Origin: Octopus sinensis
Taxonomy: Eukaryota
Reading direction: 5' to 3'
Length of the DNA stretch: 64,000 bases
Assembly: GCF_006345805.1 (NCBI RefSeq)
Contig: NC_043015.1
Span: forward strand, 46,314,001-46,378,000
Within the stretch, counting starts at the first letter, position 1; each line of letters starts with the position of its first letter. The position numbers and the translations under genes are program-made. Below the pieces are notes generated by a model. It was not told where the DNA came from. It was given only the letters and a program-made list of their open reading frames with translations, and did no database searches. Below are positions 48,705-63,059 of this stretch, one piece after another.

Positions 48705-50288
48705 GAGGGAGAGAGAGATAGATAAATATAAGTGCGCGTTGGTAAGATTGTATGTGAGTGCATATATTTATCGCTATAATAGAAATCATGTACATGTAAA
48801 ACCTAGAAACACTTCATTCCTATTATTGCTTTTCCTTTATAAGTAAACTAATTCGTTTCGTTCACTGAGAACATTGAGATACCGACCAGAAATTACCTTT
48901 CGGTCGCTTTGTACTCTATTGTCCCTGATAATGATCTGGGCGGCTAAACTTTTAATTTCTCTTCCGGTGCAAACAACCATCTTTAATTACAACGTGTCTT
49001 TTAGGTCAGTAGCATCAAAATAGTCGTTTAAGCAATGTTTTAGCACTACCAGATCATATATATAGATTGTGAGTTCGGATCTCGTCGAGGACAGCTTTAC
49101 TTTCTATCTTTTAGAGATCGATACAATCGACTAACCAGCATCCACAAAATTGCCGGATTTGTTCCAAAGTGATGTGTCGATCATAAGTTCGAATCACACC
49201 GAGGACAACTTTACCCTTTTATCTTTTCGAGATCGATGCCATCGACTTACCAAAGACCACAAAATTTCCGACCTTGTTCCAAACTTAGAAACAACTATTA
49301 ATAAGACGACGAGCTAGTAGAGTTGTCAGATCATTGGAAAAAATACCAAGATTCATTTGTTCTGGTTCTTTACATTCTGAGTTCAATTCCCACCAAAGTA
49401 AAATTTGCCTTTCGTCCCTCTGGGGTCAATAAATTGACATACCAGTCAAGTACCAGAATCATTGAAATATTCCTTCCCTAAAATTACAGGCTTTATGCCA
49501 AATTTTGAAACAATTTATGCCATTACCATTAATGATAATTAATGTATCATTTTATAAAATATTACCGGTTTTGATGTAGGCATGTCTATCGTATCAAATA
49601 TTAAACATTCAAAGTTAAAAGTTAGGAAATAGGGAAAAAATTGGAAAACAAAAATAGTTTGTTCTTATATTTTGTGTGTAGTTAAGAACATTCACCATTG
49701 GTCAATAAATAACGATCTATGGTTAAACTGGAAACAGTATAGAAATATGAAAGATATTTTTACAATAAGGATCTATAGTTTACTCTGTATGGAGGACTTA
49801 GCTCTGACTAGAGACAGACAAGGATGACTGCATCATCCTTTCAAAGATATCTGAAAGGGAGACGCACAAAGGTGATTGCTCATGTTGGAGATTAGAATTA
49901 AGCAATGTTTTAAAAAAGATGAAGAAGAAGTTGATGTTTGTTGATTATATATAAAAAAAAACTAAAACAAATGAAATGGGAGAAAATAGCGACCAGGTAA
50001 GGTTAGCAGGCAAGCAGTGCATTCATATGTCGTCACCACAGCCAAGACGGTCACTCACGTATGGCCTCTATAGTCACACAAGACCCTACTCTGGCAGCAG
50101 GTCTTTAGGACCACTGTCCAGGCGCAGATCCTTGATTTGGTGAAACTAAGGAACACCTCCCATATATATAATATATATATATATACATACATACATACAT
50201 ACATTCATACACACACACCGCACACGCACACGCACACACAACACCACGCACACACCACGCCACACCCACACGCACGCACACACACGCA

Positions 50289-50388
50289 NNNNNNNNNNNN
50301 NNNNNNNNNNNNNNNNNNNNNNNNNNNNNNNNNNNNNNNNNNNNNNNNNNNNNNNNNNNNNNNNNNNNNNNNNNNNNNNNNNNNNNNN
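50289..50388. other. Assembly gap (100 N)
   Basis: Run of 100 n; true size unknown. Confidence 1.
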
Positions 50389-50918
50389 AAGTCCCCGTAA
50401 CTTAGCGGTTCGGCAAAAGAAACCGATAGAATAGTACTAAGCTTACAAAGAATAAGTCCTGGAGGTCGATTTGCTCGACTAAAGGCGGTGCTCCAGCATG
50501 GCCGCAGCCAAATGACTAAAACAAGTAAAAAAGTAAAAGAGTATGGAAGTACTCCAGCACGGCCGCAATCTAATAACTGCAGCAAATAAAGAGATAAAAC
50601 GAGATATTTATTTAAAAAGTGCTTCCAAAATAAGTCTGTGAGTAAATATTTTGTTTCGGTTTGTTTTTCTTGTCTTTTGTTCGTAACCTAAGTGGAATAT
50701 CTTGTCGAAGGAACAGCACTCAAAACGTTAAACCAGCTGAAAGCTTTAGTATCTTTCGTTAAGAGCACTCCAAGTATTTTCTTCTACGATGCGCATGACC
50801 GGTTTCACCTTCTATTTGTATCTTGGTTTTTCTGCGTAAGCACAGCAAAAATAGATTAAATGAAGAAAACAAAAGACTGATTCTTCCCTTCTATAACTAC
50901 TACTATTACTACTACCAT

Positions 50919-50951
<33 letters not shown>

Positions 50952-51338
50952 ATTACTACCATTACTATACTACTACTACTACCATTACTACTACTACTAC
51001 TACTATTACTACTACCACCACCACCACCATCTGCTACAACAACTATGGCGACGTACGACGACAACTTCCATTACGATACGACTAGCGCTATTTCTGCTAT
51101 TATTACCACCACCACCATAATACCACTACTACTGTTGTCACTACTACTACTACTACTATCCTCACCACCACCACCACTAATGCTGCTACCAATATTGTCA
51201 CCACTACCTCTATTACTTGTTCTATGACTAGAATCACCACCGACACCACTACCACTACCACAACAAACGAATGAACAACAACCACAAAGTTGCTGTAATT
51301 TGGAGGTATCCTTATAATTTGGTTGTTTTTAGATTTGA

Positions 51339-51369
<31 letters not shown>

Positions 51370-51484
51370 GCTGGCTGCTACTGCTGCTGCTGCCACCACT
51401 ACAACATAAATCTCAAAAGCAGTGATAGTAATTTTGTTGGGGAGGATGTTGTTCCTCTAAATTGGAAAATGCATTGTCACCAGA

Positions 51485-51526
<42 letters not shown>

Positions 51527-51560
51527 CAGTAGTAGCAGTAGAGCAGCAGCAACAGTAGTT

Positions 51561-51591
<31 letters not shown>

Positions 51592-51689
51592 CAGCAGCAG
51601 CAACAGTAGTTGTAGTAGTAGCAGCAGCAGCAGTAGTAGGAGGAGGAGGAGGTGGAGGAGCAGCAGCAACAGGAGATAGATAGATTTAA

Positions 51690-52040
51690 TGAGGTTGGCG
51701 CGGGTGGTCCTGTCCAACCTTCCCTTGAGCACATCCCTTATGCCATTGAACGCCTTCCATCAACAACAATGGCGAGCTCCTCACTCACCTCCGTTTCGCT
51801 GACGACATCGTACTCATCGCTGAAAACATGGATCAGCTTCAGACCATGCTGACGGAGCTCGACATCAAAAGTTCTGCAGTAGGTCTCAAGATGAACCGCA
51901 TGAAAACAAAGTTCATGCGGTCAGACAATGTACCAACAGGTCGAATGGTGATCGGCAGTGATTAAATAGAGGAGGTGAGGGAATATGTCTACCTGGGACA
52001 GGAAGTAAATATGTGCCGGGATATCAAAAAGGGGATCTCA
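51690..52040 (+). mobile_element. RTE-clade reverse transcriptase fragment
   Basis: NNGELLTHLRFADDIVLIAENMDQLQTMLTEL...GLKMNRMKTK...YVYLGQ, with frameshift and stop. Confidence 0.85.
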
Positions 52041-52122
52041 CGGAGAGTAAGGGCCGGATATATGTATATATATATATAATATATATATATGTATATATAT
52101 ACATATATATATACACACACAC

Positions 52123-52184
<62 letters not shown>

Positions 52185-52798
52185 TTCTATATGCATATAT
52201 ATATATATATATTTATATAATTCATATATACGTATGTGCGTGTTAGTGTATACGTGCGTGTAAGAAGCCTAATTTCAGTAGATGTAAAGATAGTCGCTGT
52301 ACATTTTGTAAGCGATAACATCGTCACCAGGCAATATTAGTGGCTATAGTAGATTGTGCATCGGTCTCATATTGCTAATGCCCGATATTATTATCAACAT
52401 TAAAATCTTATCTCTATATTCCTATGTCTTCTCCTGCAATACTTTTCTTCTGTTTTGTATTAATGAAATCTATATTATATTATTATTTTCTATCGAACCT
52501 TTCTCAGGTTCTTTTTTTTTTTTTGTCAGTAGTGAGATAAATTCGATATCTCACCTCTTGGGAAAGTCAGAAATAATATTTGATTTCCAGTAGAATAAAC
52601 CTAGCTTAACCGTTTGCTTTGTCCATAACATTTTCATGAGTTTTTTTTTTTTGTTTTTTTTTTTTCTAAATGTCCATGCTTCTCTTCAAACTTTTAGTTA
52701 ACCCTTCGTACATACGTTCTGAATAATATAAAGCTTTCTTGTCATAAATCACCTCTTACGCTGGTCACTGAACCAAAGGGGGGAATATGTATTATATA

Positions 52799-53301
52799 CT
52801 AGCAGCATAGCCCGGCATTGCCCGGGTATGTAAGAGCTCCTGGAGCAGACGTGATGCTCGCTGTGAATTTTTAAAAAATTCCTGCCAATTTGTGAAAGAT
52901 ATTGTCGAAAATATGTCATCTTGAATTTGAACGCGATTTCCCAAAATGGCATGATTTTATCGATTTTTTCTGATGGTAAGGTATTGCATGGAAAACTAAC
53001 ATCAGAATTAAGTTTTTTAGGGTAACATTAAGCTTCACAATGAGTTTGGTGAAAATTGATTGCAAGTTGCGAAAACTACAACAGAAAATGTGTTGCATAT
53101 AAAAAGCTTAGATTCTCGACCCCAGGTCGAATGTATCGATTTTTTTCAGAACTGGGGGAACTTTTCAAAATTTTCGCTGCGTTAGTTTTGAATTATGACA
53201 TTGGGCTATGTGTGTGTCAAGTTTCATCAGAATCGGTTGAAAGCCGTGGTCAGGGTGAGGGTACAACCTGACAGACAAACTGCCGTTTATATAAAGAGAG
53301 A
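52799..53301 (-). mobile_element. Non-autonomous Helitron with a variant 3' end
   Basis: On + reads ctagcagcatagcccggcattgcccggg (hairpin plus CTAG on the minus strand); 5' about 200 bp matches 45150-45363. Confidence 0.7.
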
Positions 53302-53587
53302 TGATGCATGGACGCCAGAGTAATATGTCCTTTGTATAACGATTGATACAAAAAGTCTGGCAAGGTCTTAGAATATTGGTTTCATAAACCAGCAATTTCA
53401 GCGTGGGGGTAAGTCGATTATATCGACAACTGGCACGTACTTTATCGAAACTGAGTGTGCGAAAGGCAAAGTCGACCTCGGCAGAACTTGAACTCAAAAC
53501 AGTTTTGTTCATGAATTCATGTGTAAATTTATACCGGAATTATTATTGTGTGTGTTTGTATGTATGTATGTATGCATGTATGTTACG

Positions 53588-53623
<36 letters not shown>

Positions 53624-53828
53624 ACCGCGTGTGTACCGTTGGCGATTTTTTTCCTCCGTCTTCCCTTCTTTGGATCTTTCCTTTTCCTGTGTTTCTGACG
53701 AAGAGCTCCGTTAAACCCTCCTTATTTCCTTCCTTCCCGAGCATCCAATAACACTATACTTGTTCCACGTCCTCACGTTGTTGTGTTTTCTCTTTGTGTT
53801 TTCATGTATGGATTAACTATATATATAC

Positions 53829-53939
<111 letters not shown>

Positions 53940-54024
53940 GTGCCTGAACATAGCACATGGGCGTTTTTTATATATATATATATACACATATAAAAATATA
54001 ATACACATACATCTGCATAAAAGG

Positions 54025-54089
<65 letters not shown>

Positions 54090-54182
54090 TAGTGGTTTTA
54101 TCTCTAATTTAATTTATATTTATACTGTGAAATTGATTTCATCCTAAATCTAATTTTTCCCTGTAAGTTTGGATATACTCCC

Positions 54183-54225
<43 letters not shown>

Positions 54226-54357
54226 TATAATATTATTAATATATATATGCGTGTGCGCTTGTGTGTGAGTGCGTGCGTGAGTGTGCGTGTGTATATAATG
54301 TATGTATGAATGTATGTATGTATGTATGTATATATATATATATATTATATATTATAT

Positions 54358-54388
<31 letters not shown>

Positions 54389-55764
54389 CCCATATGTATA
54401 CAGATACATATATGCGTGTATATGTGAATGCAGTGCACTATTGCTACTACTACTACTACTACTACTACTACAAATACTAATACTACTACCACTGTTGCTG
54501 TTGCTGCTGCCGCCACCCCTGCTGCTGCCGCCACCCCTGCTGCTGCCGAGATTGTTTTACGCTAAACACTTCCATATGTTTTGCGTGACATATTAAATTT
54601 CATTCTTGAAATACACAACATACGCAGGAATATTGCTATGACCTTTCCTCCAACAGACGCAGAGAATATGGTATATCAGATCTACTCCCAGCCCGCCGTT
54701 AAAATATTAAAACTTCAATTCTGCTACGGGAAAAATGTCAATGTACATAAATATGTCAACTGGTTTAAAATCCATTTGGCAAATTTTAATAAACTCTTAC
54801 TGATTTAGTGTGACTGCTTGTCTCATGAGGAATGATGTTCGCGAAGCAAATAGAGAAATCTTTGATTAAATACAATTTCTCCGAGAACAATGAATTCAAC
54901 ACAAGTCCGAATATTGCAGAGGAAGCGTGCTGTCAATAGCTAAGACCAAAGTTTACGATGTATTTTTCTTAAGGCAGCGAACTGGCAGAAGCGTTAGCAC
55001 GCCGGGCGAAATGCTTTGTGGTATTTCGTCCGCCGCTGCGTTCTGAGTTCAAATTCCGCCGAGGTCGACTTTGCCTTTCATCCTTTCGGGGTCGATAAAT
55101 TAAGTACCAGTTGCGCACTGGAGTCGATGTAATCGACATAATCCGTTTGTTTGTCATTGTTTGTCCCCTCTATGTTTAGCCCCTTGTGGGTAATAAAGAA
55201 ATATGTATTTTTCTTTTGTCGTTTATGATTTACTTGTTGCGTCTGACTTGAAGTGTTTTGCTGAAGGTTACAACGCATCGCCTGGTTCAGGAATCGAACC
55301 CACAATCTTACAATCGTGAGCTCAACATCTTAACCACTAAGCCATGGGCCTCCATATAGTTTAACAGTCGGTTGAGCGCATTTCGACGGACATTCTACTG
55401 CTATTTTTATCAAGTCGAGCAAGAATAGAGGACAGTAGTTTCCAAAGATTCTGTGGCCCCATCACCTTATTTCCCTGTGCTTAAAGTACACGTAACCATC
55501 GCTGAACTGAAATGGAGAAAATATAAGCTCTATATAAAAATCTGCTTTGTACTAAATGTATGCCTCATTCTCTCACCCACCTTCTATTCATAGAAAACTC
55601 GCTTTGATATTTTTAGTCTAGTGTGTTAGTTGAATTTTAAACACCTCGAAACGCATAATTACACTTAATGATATTCTAGACTGTTGCGACACCCCTGTGA
55701 GAAACGAATGATATAGAAAGAACTTTTCTTCACCCATTTCTTTCCGGTCATTCAAAATGTGACC

Positions 55765-55955
55765 GCGTGTGTACCGTTGGTGATTTTTTTTCCCTCTGTC
55801 TTCCCTTCTCTGGATTTTTCCTTCTCCTATGTTTCCGACGAAGAGCTCCGCTCGAAACGTTAAACCCTCCTTCTTTCCTGAGCGTCCAATAATACTATAT
55901 TTTTCCCCTTCCTCGCGTTGTTGTTTTTTTGTGCTTTCTTGTTTGGATTAACTTT
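55765..55955 (+). mobile_element. Second Penelope-like terminal-repeat family
   Basis: gtgaccgcgtgtgtaccgttgg...ggattaact shared with 53620-53820 (+) and 42590-42795 (-); all abut (TA)n. Confidence 0.5.
55831..55865 (+). ncRNA. Minimal type I hammerhead-like motif in a Penelope-like terminal repeat
   Basis: GTTT CCGACGA A GAGC-TCC-GCTC GAAAC GTT AAAC. Related copies at 53691-53716 (+, CTGACGA core but deleted downstream) and 42688-42722 (-). Confidence 0.5.
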
Positions 55956-55984
55956 ATATATATATTATATATATATATATATAT

Positions 55985-56018
<34 letters not shown>

Positions 56019-56472
56019 CTATATATATTATATATATGTTAGTATGTATGCGTGCGAATGATATGAGGTGGTCCCTACAACAGCGTTATTATATAATGCC
56101 AGACCACAGGCGCAAGGTCCTACGATATTATTTCTAATTTTGGCACAAGATCAGCAAATTCGAAGGGAAAATCAGTCGATTATATCGAACCCATTGCTCA
56201 ACTAGTTATTTTATTGACCTCGACAGGATGAAAGGCAGAGTTGATCCCCGGCGGAATTTGAACTAAGCATTTTTTTCGGACGTGCTAACGATTCTGCCAG
56301 CTCTGCCGCCTTCCAGAGACGAGGTGAATTATATGAGATGAGGGTGAATTAAGCTGCTGGTATTGATGTAATCGCTTGTTGTGGTGATCCTTATCAGTCA
56401 CAGCATCTTGAATCCTGTCCCTTCTGATCAATTGAACTTGTCCCATCTACAAGACTTAAAAAGTCACACATG

Positions 56473-56509
<37 letters not shown>

Positions 56510-57002
56510 GCACACACATACGCGCATGCACACACGCACGCACACAGAAATCTAGTCTGATATTTCCTCCGATAAGGCCCGATAAAGTACGACCATCAGT
56601 CAGTAGTACATGGATGGAAGATGGAAGCACTCCGTCGGTTACGACGACGAGGGTTCCGGTTGATCCGAATCAACGGAACAGCCTGCTCGTGAAATTAACG
56701 TGTAAGTGGCTGAGCACTCCACAGACACGTGTACCCTTACCGTAGTTCTCAGGGATATTCAGCGTGACACAGAGAGTGACAAGGCCGGCCCTTTGAAATA
56801 TAGGTACAACAGAAACAGGAAGTAAGAGTGAGAGAAAGTTTGTGGTGAAAGAGTACAGCAAGGATCACCACCATCCTACCGGAGGAGCCTCGTGGAGCTT
56901 TAGGTGTTTTCGCTCAATAAACACTCACAACGCCCGGTCTGGGAATCGAAACCGCGATCCTACGACCGCGAGTCCGCTGCCCTAACCACTGGGCCATTAG
57001 TC

Positions 57003-57200
57003 AAAGCGAAAAAGATATTAGCTAAATCCTTTCTGCCCTTAAGGGAGAGCCTCTTTCTAAACAATTTCTGAGTGGGATATGCCACTCTGTTCCGTTCTTC
57101 TTCCCAGTTTGGATCCATTTAGAGGTGTACTCCAAACCAATTGCCAAGTACCTTAAGAAGACTGCTAGTCCAACGCATGGCCTTGCCTCTCTAGGTGTCT
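57003..57200 (-). mobile_element. L1/Tx1-like LINE fragment
   Basis: LKVLGNWFG...NWEEERNRV...RLSLKGRKDLAN. Confidence 0.6.
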
Positions 57201-57481
57201 TGTTGCAAGCTCTTCGACTTGTGATGTTCAGTGCATATTCCTATTAGCTTCTGGCACTGCTCCAACGAGAGTCAGATAGGCAGAACTTTTAAAGCACCGA
57301 AGAAATGCTTCTTGGCATACTTCTTTAACCCGGCTTTTTATGTTTTCAGTTCAACTGCTGCCGAACGAAGTTGACTTTGCCTTTCATCTTTTGGAACAAC
57401 TGAGATTGATGTATTCGACTTACCTCCACCCCCAAAATCGTTGGCCTTGAACCAAATTTGAAACTATTCTTCTTCTTCTTC

Positions 57482-57539
<58 letters not shown>

Positions 57540-57554
57540 TATTATTATTACTAT

Positions 57555-57827
57555 TCAGTAGTTTTATTTTTATAGCGTGCTTTCACTTCACTACCGAGCG
57601 CAGCTCTGTGTGCCTTGGGTATGTGCTGTGATTTGTTGTGATGCTCTGATGGTTATTGTATGGAAAGTGTTCTGCGTAGGATGTGGCCAGTGCCCAGCAG
57701 TGCAATTTTCTTTATGTTATATGTGTTTGTAAGTCCTGGTGTTTTTGTTATGTATTTGTCTGAATATTTTTTTATCATACCTAATGCGCCTACTATGATA
57801 GGGATTGTTTCTGTTTTTAGATTCCAC
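57555..57827 (-). mobile_element. R4/Dong-like LINE 3' end within (TAA)n
   Basis: WNLKTETIPIIVGALGMIKK...KKIALLGTGHILRRTLSIQ*. Confidence 0.8.
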
Positions 57828-57884
<57 letters not shown>

Positions 57885-58346
57885 GCCGGCGAGCTGGCAG
57901 AATCGTTAGCACACACTGGGCGAAATGTTTAGAGGTATTTCATCTGTCTTCATGTTCTAAGTTCAAGTTCCGCCTTCGGGGTCGATAACTTCAGTACCAG
58001 TAAAACACTGGGGGGGGGGGATTGGGGTTCGATGAAATCGACTACCTCCTCCCACAAATTTCAGGCCTTGTGCCTTAATTAGAAAGGACAATTATTATTA
58101 TTATTAGTAGTAGTAGTAGTAGTACTAGTAGTAGTAGTAGTAGTAGTATTCTGGCAGAATCGTTAGGATGACGGGAAAAAAGCTTAGAAGCATCTCTCTT
58201 TGCCCTTAATGTTCTGAGTTCAAATTCCACCGAGGCCAACCTTGCCTTTCATCCGTTCAAAGTCTATAAAATAAGTACCCGTTGAGCACAAAAAAATATT
58301 GCAGGCTTGTGACAAGACTAGTAACCATTATTATTATTATTATTAC

Positions 58347-58389
<43 letters not shown>

Positions 58390-58400
58390 GTTATTATTAT

Positions 58401-58709
58401 TTTATGTTTGACTTTTGCTTTACATTTGTACAAGTTGGCTCCAAGTCTCACCCTGAGGCCTCAAGAGACAACAAGTTGGAAGTACATGTTGGTATTATGC
58501 ATAGGGTGCCATATATTAGGTTTTGTACATAGTGTTGTTCTAGAGAATGTTTAAGAAACCATAAGAAAATTATGTTTGTTTTAAAGCTTGAGATTACATA
58601 GAAAGTATTTCGCGTAGGATATGAGCAGTTCCCATGAGCACTATCTTTTGAATTTCTGCCATTTTGGAGTTTCCTGGTATCTGAGCTAGGTAGCAAAGAG
58701 GCCCTTTTA

Positions 58710-58712
<3 letters not shown>
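58401..58712 (-). mobile_element. R4/Dong-like LINE 3' end within (TAA)n
   Basis: LAQIPGNSKMAEIQKIVLMGTAHILREILSM*. Confidence 0.75.
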
Positions 58713-58778
<66 letters not shown>

Positions 58779-58819
58779 TATTATTGCCTTTGCACATCTT
58801 CTAAGATGTACTACAGTGT

Positions 58820-59172
58820 CAGCTGTTCCCTACCAGTGAACTAAGGTAACACCTCTTATTCTTCGAGCACCTTCTGGAGTATTCGAGCGGTTCCAAGCAG
58901 TGCTGTTTTCTGCAAGCGCTCCACCCTTATTGCAGCCCCTATTTGTTCCACGTACTTTTCGAGATTTTTGCTCACTGTTCCCAGCGCCCCGGCAATTATT
59001 GGTACTACTGCTACCTTTTTTCGTCGACCACAACTGCTTAACTTCCCAAGCTAACCTGTCATATCTCTCGAATTTTCTTTCTTCGTTATCGCATAACTTG
59101 TTGTCAGCTGGGCATGCTATATCATATACTATAGCATAGTATATCTGGGCATGCTATGTCTATGATCCAGCT
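58820..59172 (-). mobile_element. R4/Dong-like LINE 3' end (REL domain)
   Basis: YDIACPADNKLCDNEERKFERYDRLAWEV / VPIIAGALGTV...KTALLGTARIL, with one frameshift. Confidence 0.75.
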
Positions 59173-59193
59173 TTATTATTATTATTATTATTA

Positions 59194-59261
<68 letters not shown>

Positions 59262-59290
59262 CATTATTATTATCATTATGATTATTATTA

Positions 59291-59747
59291 TTGAGTGAGA
59301 GAGTAGTGCATGACATCAAAGTGACACTGGGGTAAAATATATGAAACCCAGTATACCCATCATAACTACCCGTCTGATAAGGGTACACCAGGCACATGCA
59401 TCACAACCATATGTGCGCGACATGGTGACCCCACATCAAGATAAGCAGCACATGACCTTGCAGGTGGGGCCCAGTTAGAATTTTCTTCTGGTCGAGTAAG
59501 CCATCCCGCTCAAAAGGTCCCTGAATAAGGATTGTTTAAGGATGTTGAACGAAACACCCATGTTTCCAAAGGCGAATTATGCAAGCCTCTAAGAATTCCT
59601 TTCAACACATGGCTATGATGCTTCCCCACTACTTCTGCTCATGATCAGGGATGCACATATCGTCAGCCACTAAGGGACATGCTCAACTGGTTAAGGTCAA
59701 ACAACTGACAAGCAAATCTGTGGTATTGAGCAGAATATTTGCTGTAG

Positions 59748-59750
<3 letters not shown>
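59291..59750 (-). mobile_element. Non-coding dispersed repeat with a (TAA)n tail, flanked by (TAA)n
   Basis: Its 5' about 150 bp (gctacagcaaatattctgctc...gtgttgaaagg) recur at 21678-21830 (+). Confidence 0.7.
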
Positions 59751-59792
<42 letters not shown>

Positions 59793-59809
59793 TATTATTA
59801 TTATTATTA

Positions 59810-59859
<50 letters not shown>

Positions 59860-60008
59860 GTTATTATTATTACTGTTGTCTTTCTTCCTTCTTTCTTCAA
59901 ATTTTCTTCCATTTCTCGCCGAGTGTTTTCAGTACACCTACGGCAAAGAAGCTCATAGTATGCATTCCCAAATTTCATTATTATTATTATCATTATTATT
60001 ATCCTTAC

Positions 60009-60050
<42 letters not shown>

Positions 60051-60093
60051 CATTATTATCATTATTATTATTATTATTATCATTATTATTATA

Positions 60094-60146
<53 letters not shown>

Positions 60147-60218
60147 CATTATTATCATCATTATCATTATATCATTATTATCATTATTATTATCACTATT
60201 ATTATTATTATTATTATT

Positions 60219-60265
<47 letters not shown>

Positions 60266-60754
60266 ATTGGCCATATGAGCTGCTCGTAAAAATACAATGC
60301 ATTTGCAAATATGTTGGGTGTAGCTTATTCCATAAACGGTGGGGGATCTGAGCAGGCGGGCGGGCGGGCGGGTGGAGGCGGAGGCGGAGGGGGGGGCTTA
60401 ACGAAGGCAAATATAATGAAACATCTGGATGTGTGGTGCTTGGTGAAGAGTACCGGTGCTGTTTACTTGTGCACTGCGTGACCCATTACGGCGCTATTTA
60501 TGTGTTTTCCGCTTAGGCAGCAAACAGATGAAGGGAAACCTAGAACAAGAATCGCTGCTGCTACTACTGCTGCTGTTTCTGCTTCTACTTCTAACGCAGC
60601 AATAATATCGAGAACACTATCAACAGCAACAACAACAACTACTACTACCACTACTACTACTACTACTACTAATAATAATAATAATAGTAATGATAATAAT
60701 AACGATAATAATAATAATAGTAATGATAATAGTAATGATAATAATAAAATAATA

Positions 60755-60862
<108 letters not shown>

Positions 60863-60930
60863 GTAATGATAATAATAACGATAATAATAATAATAGTAAT
60901 GATAATAGTAATGATAATAATAAAATAATA

Positions 60931-60968
<38 letters not shown>

Positions 60969-61006
60969 ATTACTGCTACTACTACTAATATTAGTACTGC
61001 TACTAC

Positions 61007-61041
<35 letters not shown>

Positions 61042-61359
61042 TTAGTACTGCTACTACTACTACTACTACTAATACTACTACTACTACTACTATTAGTACT
61101 GCTACTACTACTACTACTACTACTATTACTACTGCTACTACTCTACTACTAATACTAGTACTATTACTACTGCTACTACTACTACTACAACTACTGCTGC
61201 TACTACTACTGCTATTACTACTGCTGCTACTACTACTAATACTAATACTATTACTAATATTATGTGGAGAAGGTGGTGTTCAGTTGAAGTATACAGCTAT
61301 AATAGTTCTCTCCGCTTCACATTTTTCGGACTATTTATAGGCACGGTATGCTGACAATT

Positions 61360-61586
61360 GTGGAGGCGCGTGGCTTAGTGGTTAGGGTGTCAGCATCATG
61401 ATCGTAAGATTGTGGTTTCGATTCCTGGACCGGGCGACGCGTTGTGTTCTTGAGCAAAACACTTCATTTCACGTTGCTCCAGTCCACTCAGCTGGAAAAA
61501 ATGAGTAACGCTGCGATGGACTGGGGAACACATACGCCATAGAAACTGGGAAACCGGACCCATGAGCCTGGCTAGGCTTTAAGAGG
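61360..61586 (+). mobile_element. SINE: head A plus tail 2
   Basis: Head as at 6028, tail as at 19809-19900 and 29480-29577. Confidence 0.75.
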
Positions 61587-62048
61587 ACGTACTTATTTTT
61601 ATTTATGCTGACAATTAAACACAGTACAGTACCGTTTAAGTACAATATAATGGTGTTTAGATATGCTGTAGTGTGAACTAACCCTTTAGCATACATATGG
61701 CCCTTTATTAGTAAGGAAACTTGTCTAATAAAGGGGCATATAAGCCCCCGAGAGAAAAAAGAAGACTTTCCTATCCGCGTGGAACGTGAACCCACATCCT
61801 TTTGTTAAACTCTGTCTCTGTCAAATTTAAGAACTGTATTAGTTCCCATTTGTTTTATGTAAACAAACTTTCTATATGCTTTCGGTTTGTATGGTTTTGT
61901 TATACGGTGCCGTGTTTTACAATCCTGCAAATAATACTAATGGTATTTTATATAAACTTAAAGCTTATGGCGATCACCATGCAATGACTAAGAAGAATAG
62001 TCTAATAAAGGGCCATATAAGCCCTAAACAGAAAAAGACCCATTCGCA

Positions 62049-62094
<46 letters not shown>

Positions 62095-62097
<3 letters not shown>

Positions 62098-63023
62098 CAT
62101 TATATATAAGGGCTTAGTAAAATAAATTACTTTGCCACATACTGAACTCATTAGAAATAGCAGCTAAAGAAATTTCTTCAGCTATATATATATATATATA
62201 TATGGAGAGAGAGAGAGAGAGAGTGAGAGAGAGAGAGGGGGTGGAGGCGCAATGGCCCAGTGGTTAGGGCAGCGGACTCGCGGTCGTAGGATCGCGGTTT
62301 CGATTTCCAGACCGGGCGTTGTGAGTGTTTATTGAGCGAAAACACCTAAAGCTCCACGAGGCACCGGCAGGGGGTGGTGGCGAACCCTGCTGTACTCTTC
62401 GCCACAACTTTCTCCCACTCTTTCTTCTGTTGGCCTGCTCGCTTAGCCAGCGGGGTGGCGTCATTTGACGGCTAAAACAATGTGAAGCGCATTGTGACCA
62501 GCGATGTGTAGCAACATCTGATAGCCTGGTCGGTCACGGTGATATATATATAATATATATATATTATATATATATATTACATTATATATAAGGGCTTAGT
62601 AAAATAAATTACTTTGCCACATACTGAACTCATTAGAAATAGCAGCTAAAGAAATTTCTTCAGCTATATATATATATATATATATATGGAGAGAGAGAGA
62701 GAGAGAGTGAGAGAGAGAGAGGGGGTGGAGGCGCAATGGCCCAGTGGTTAGGGCAGCGGACTCGCGGTCGTAGGATCGCGGTTTCGATTTCCAGACCGGG
62801 CGTTGTGAGTGTTTATTGAGCGAAAACACCTAAAGCTCCACGAGGCACCGGCAGGGGGTGGTGGCGAACCCTGCTGTACTCTTTCGCCACAACTTTCTCC
62901 CACTCTTTCTTCTGTTGGCCTGCTCGCTTAGCCAGCGGGGTGGCGTCATTTGACGGCTAAAACAATGTGAAGCGCATTGTGACCAGCGATGTGTAGCAAC
63001 ATCTGATAGCCTGGTCGGTCACG

Positions 63024-63027
<4 letters not shown>
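62095..63027 (+). repeat. About 483-bp tandem duplication, each copy holding a head B plus tail 3 SINE (62241-62542, 62725-63027)
   Basis: Two essentially identical units bounded by (TA)n. Confidence 0.95.
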
Positions 63028-63059
<32 letters not shown>

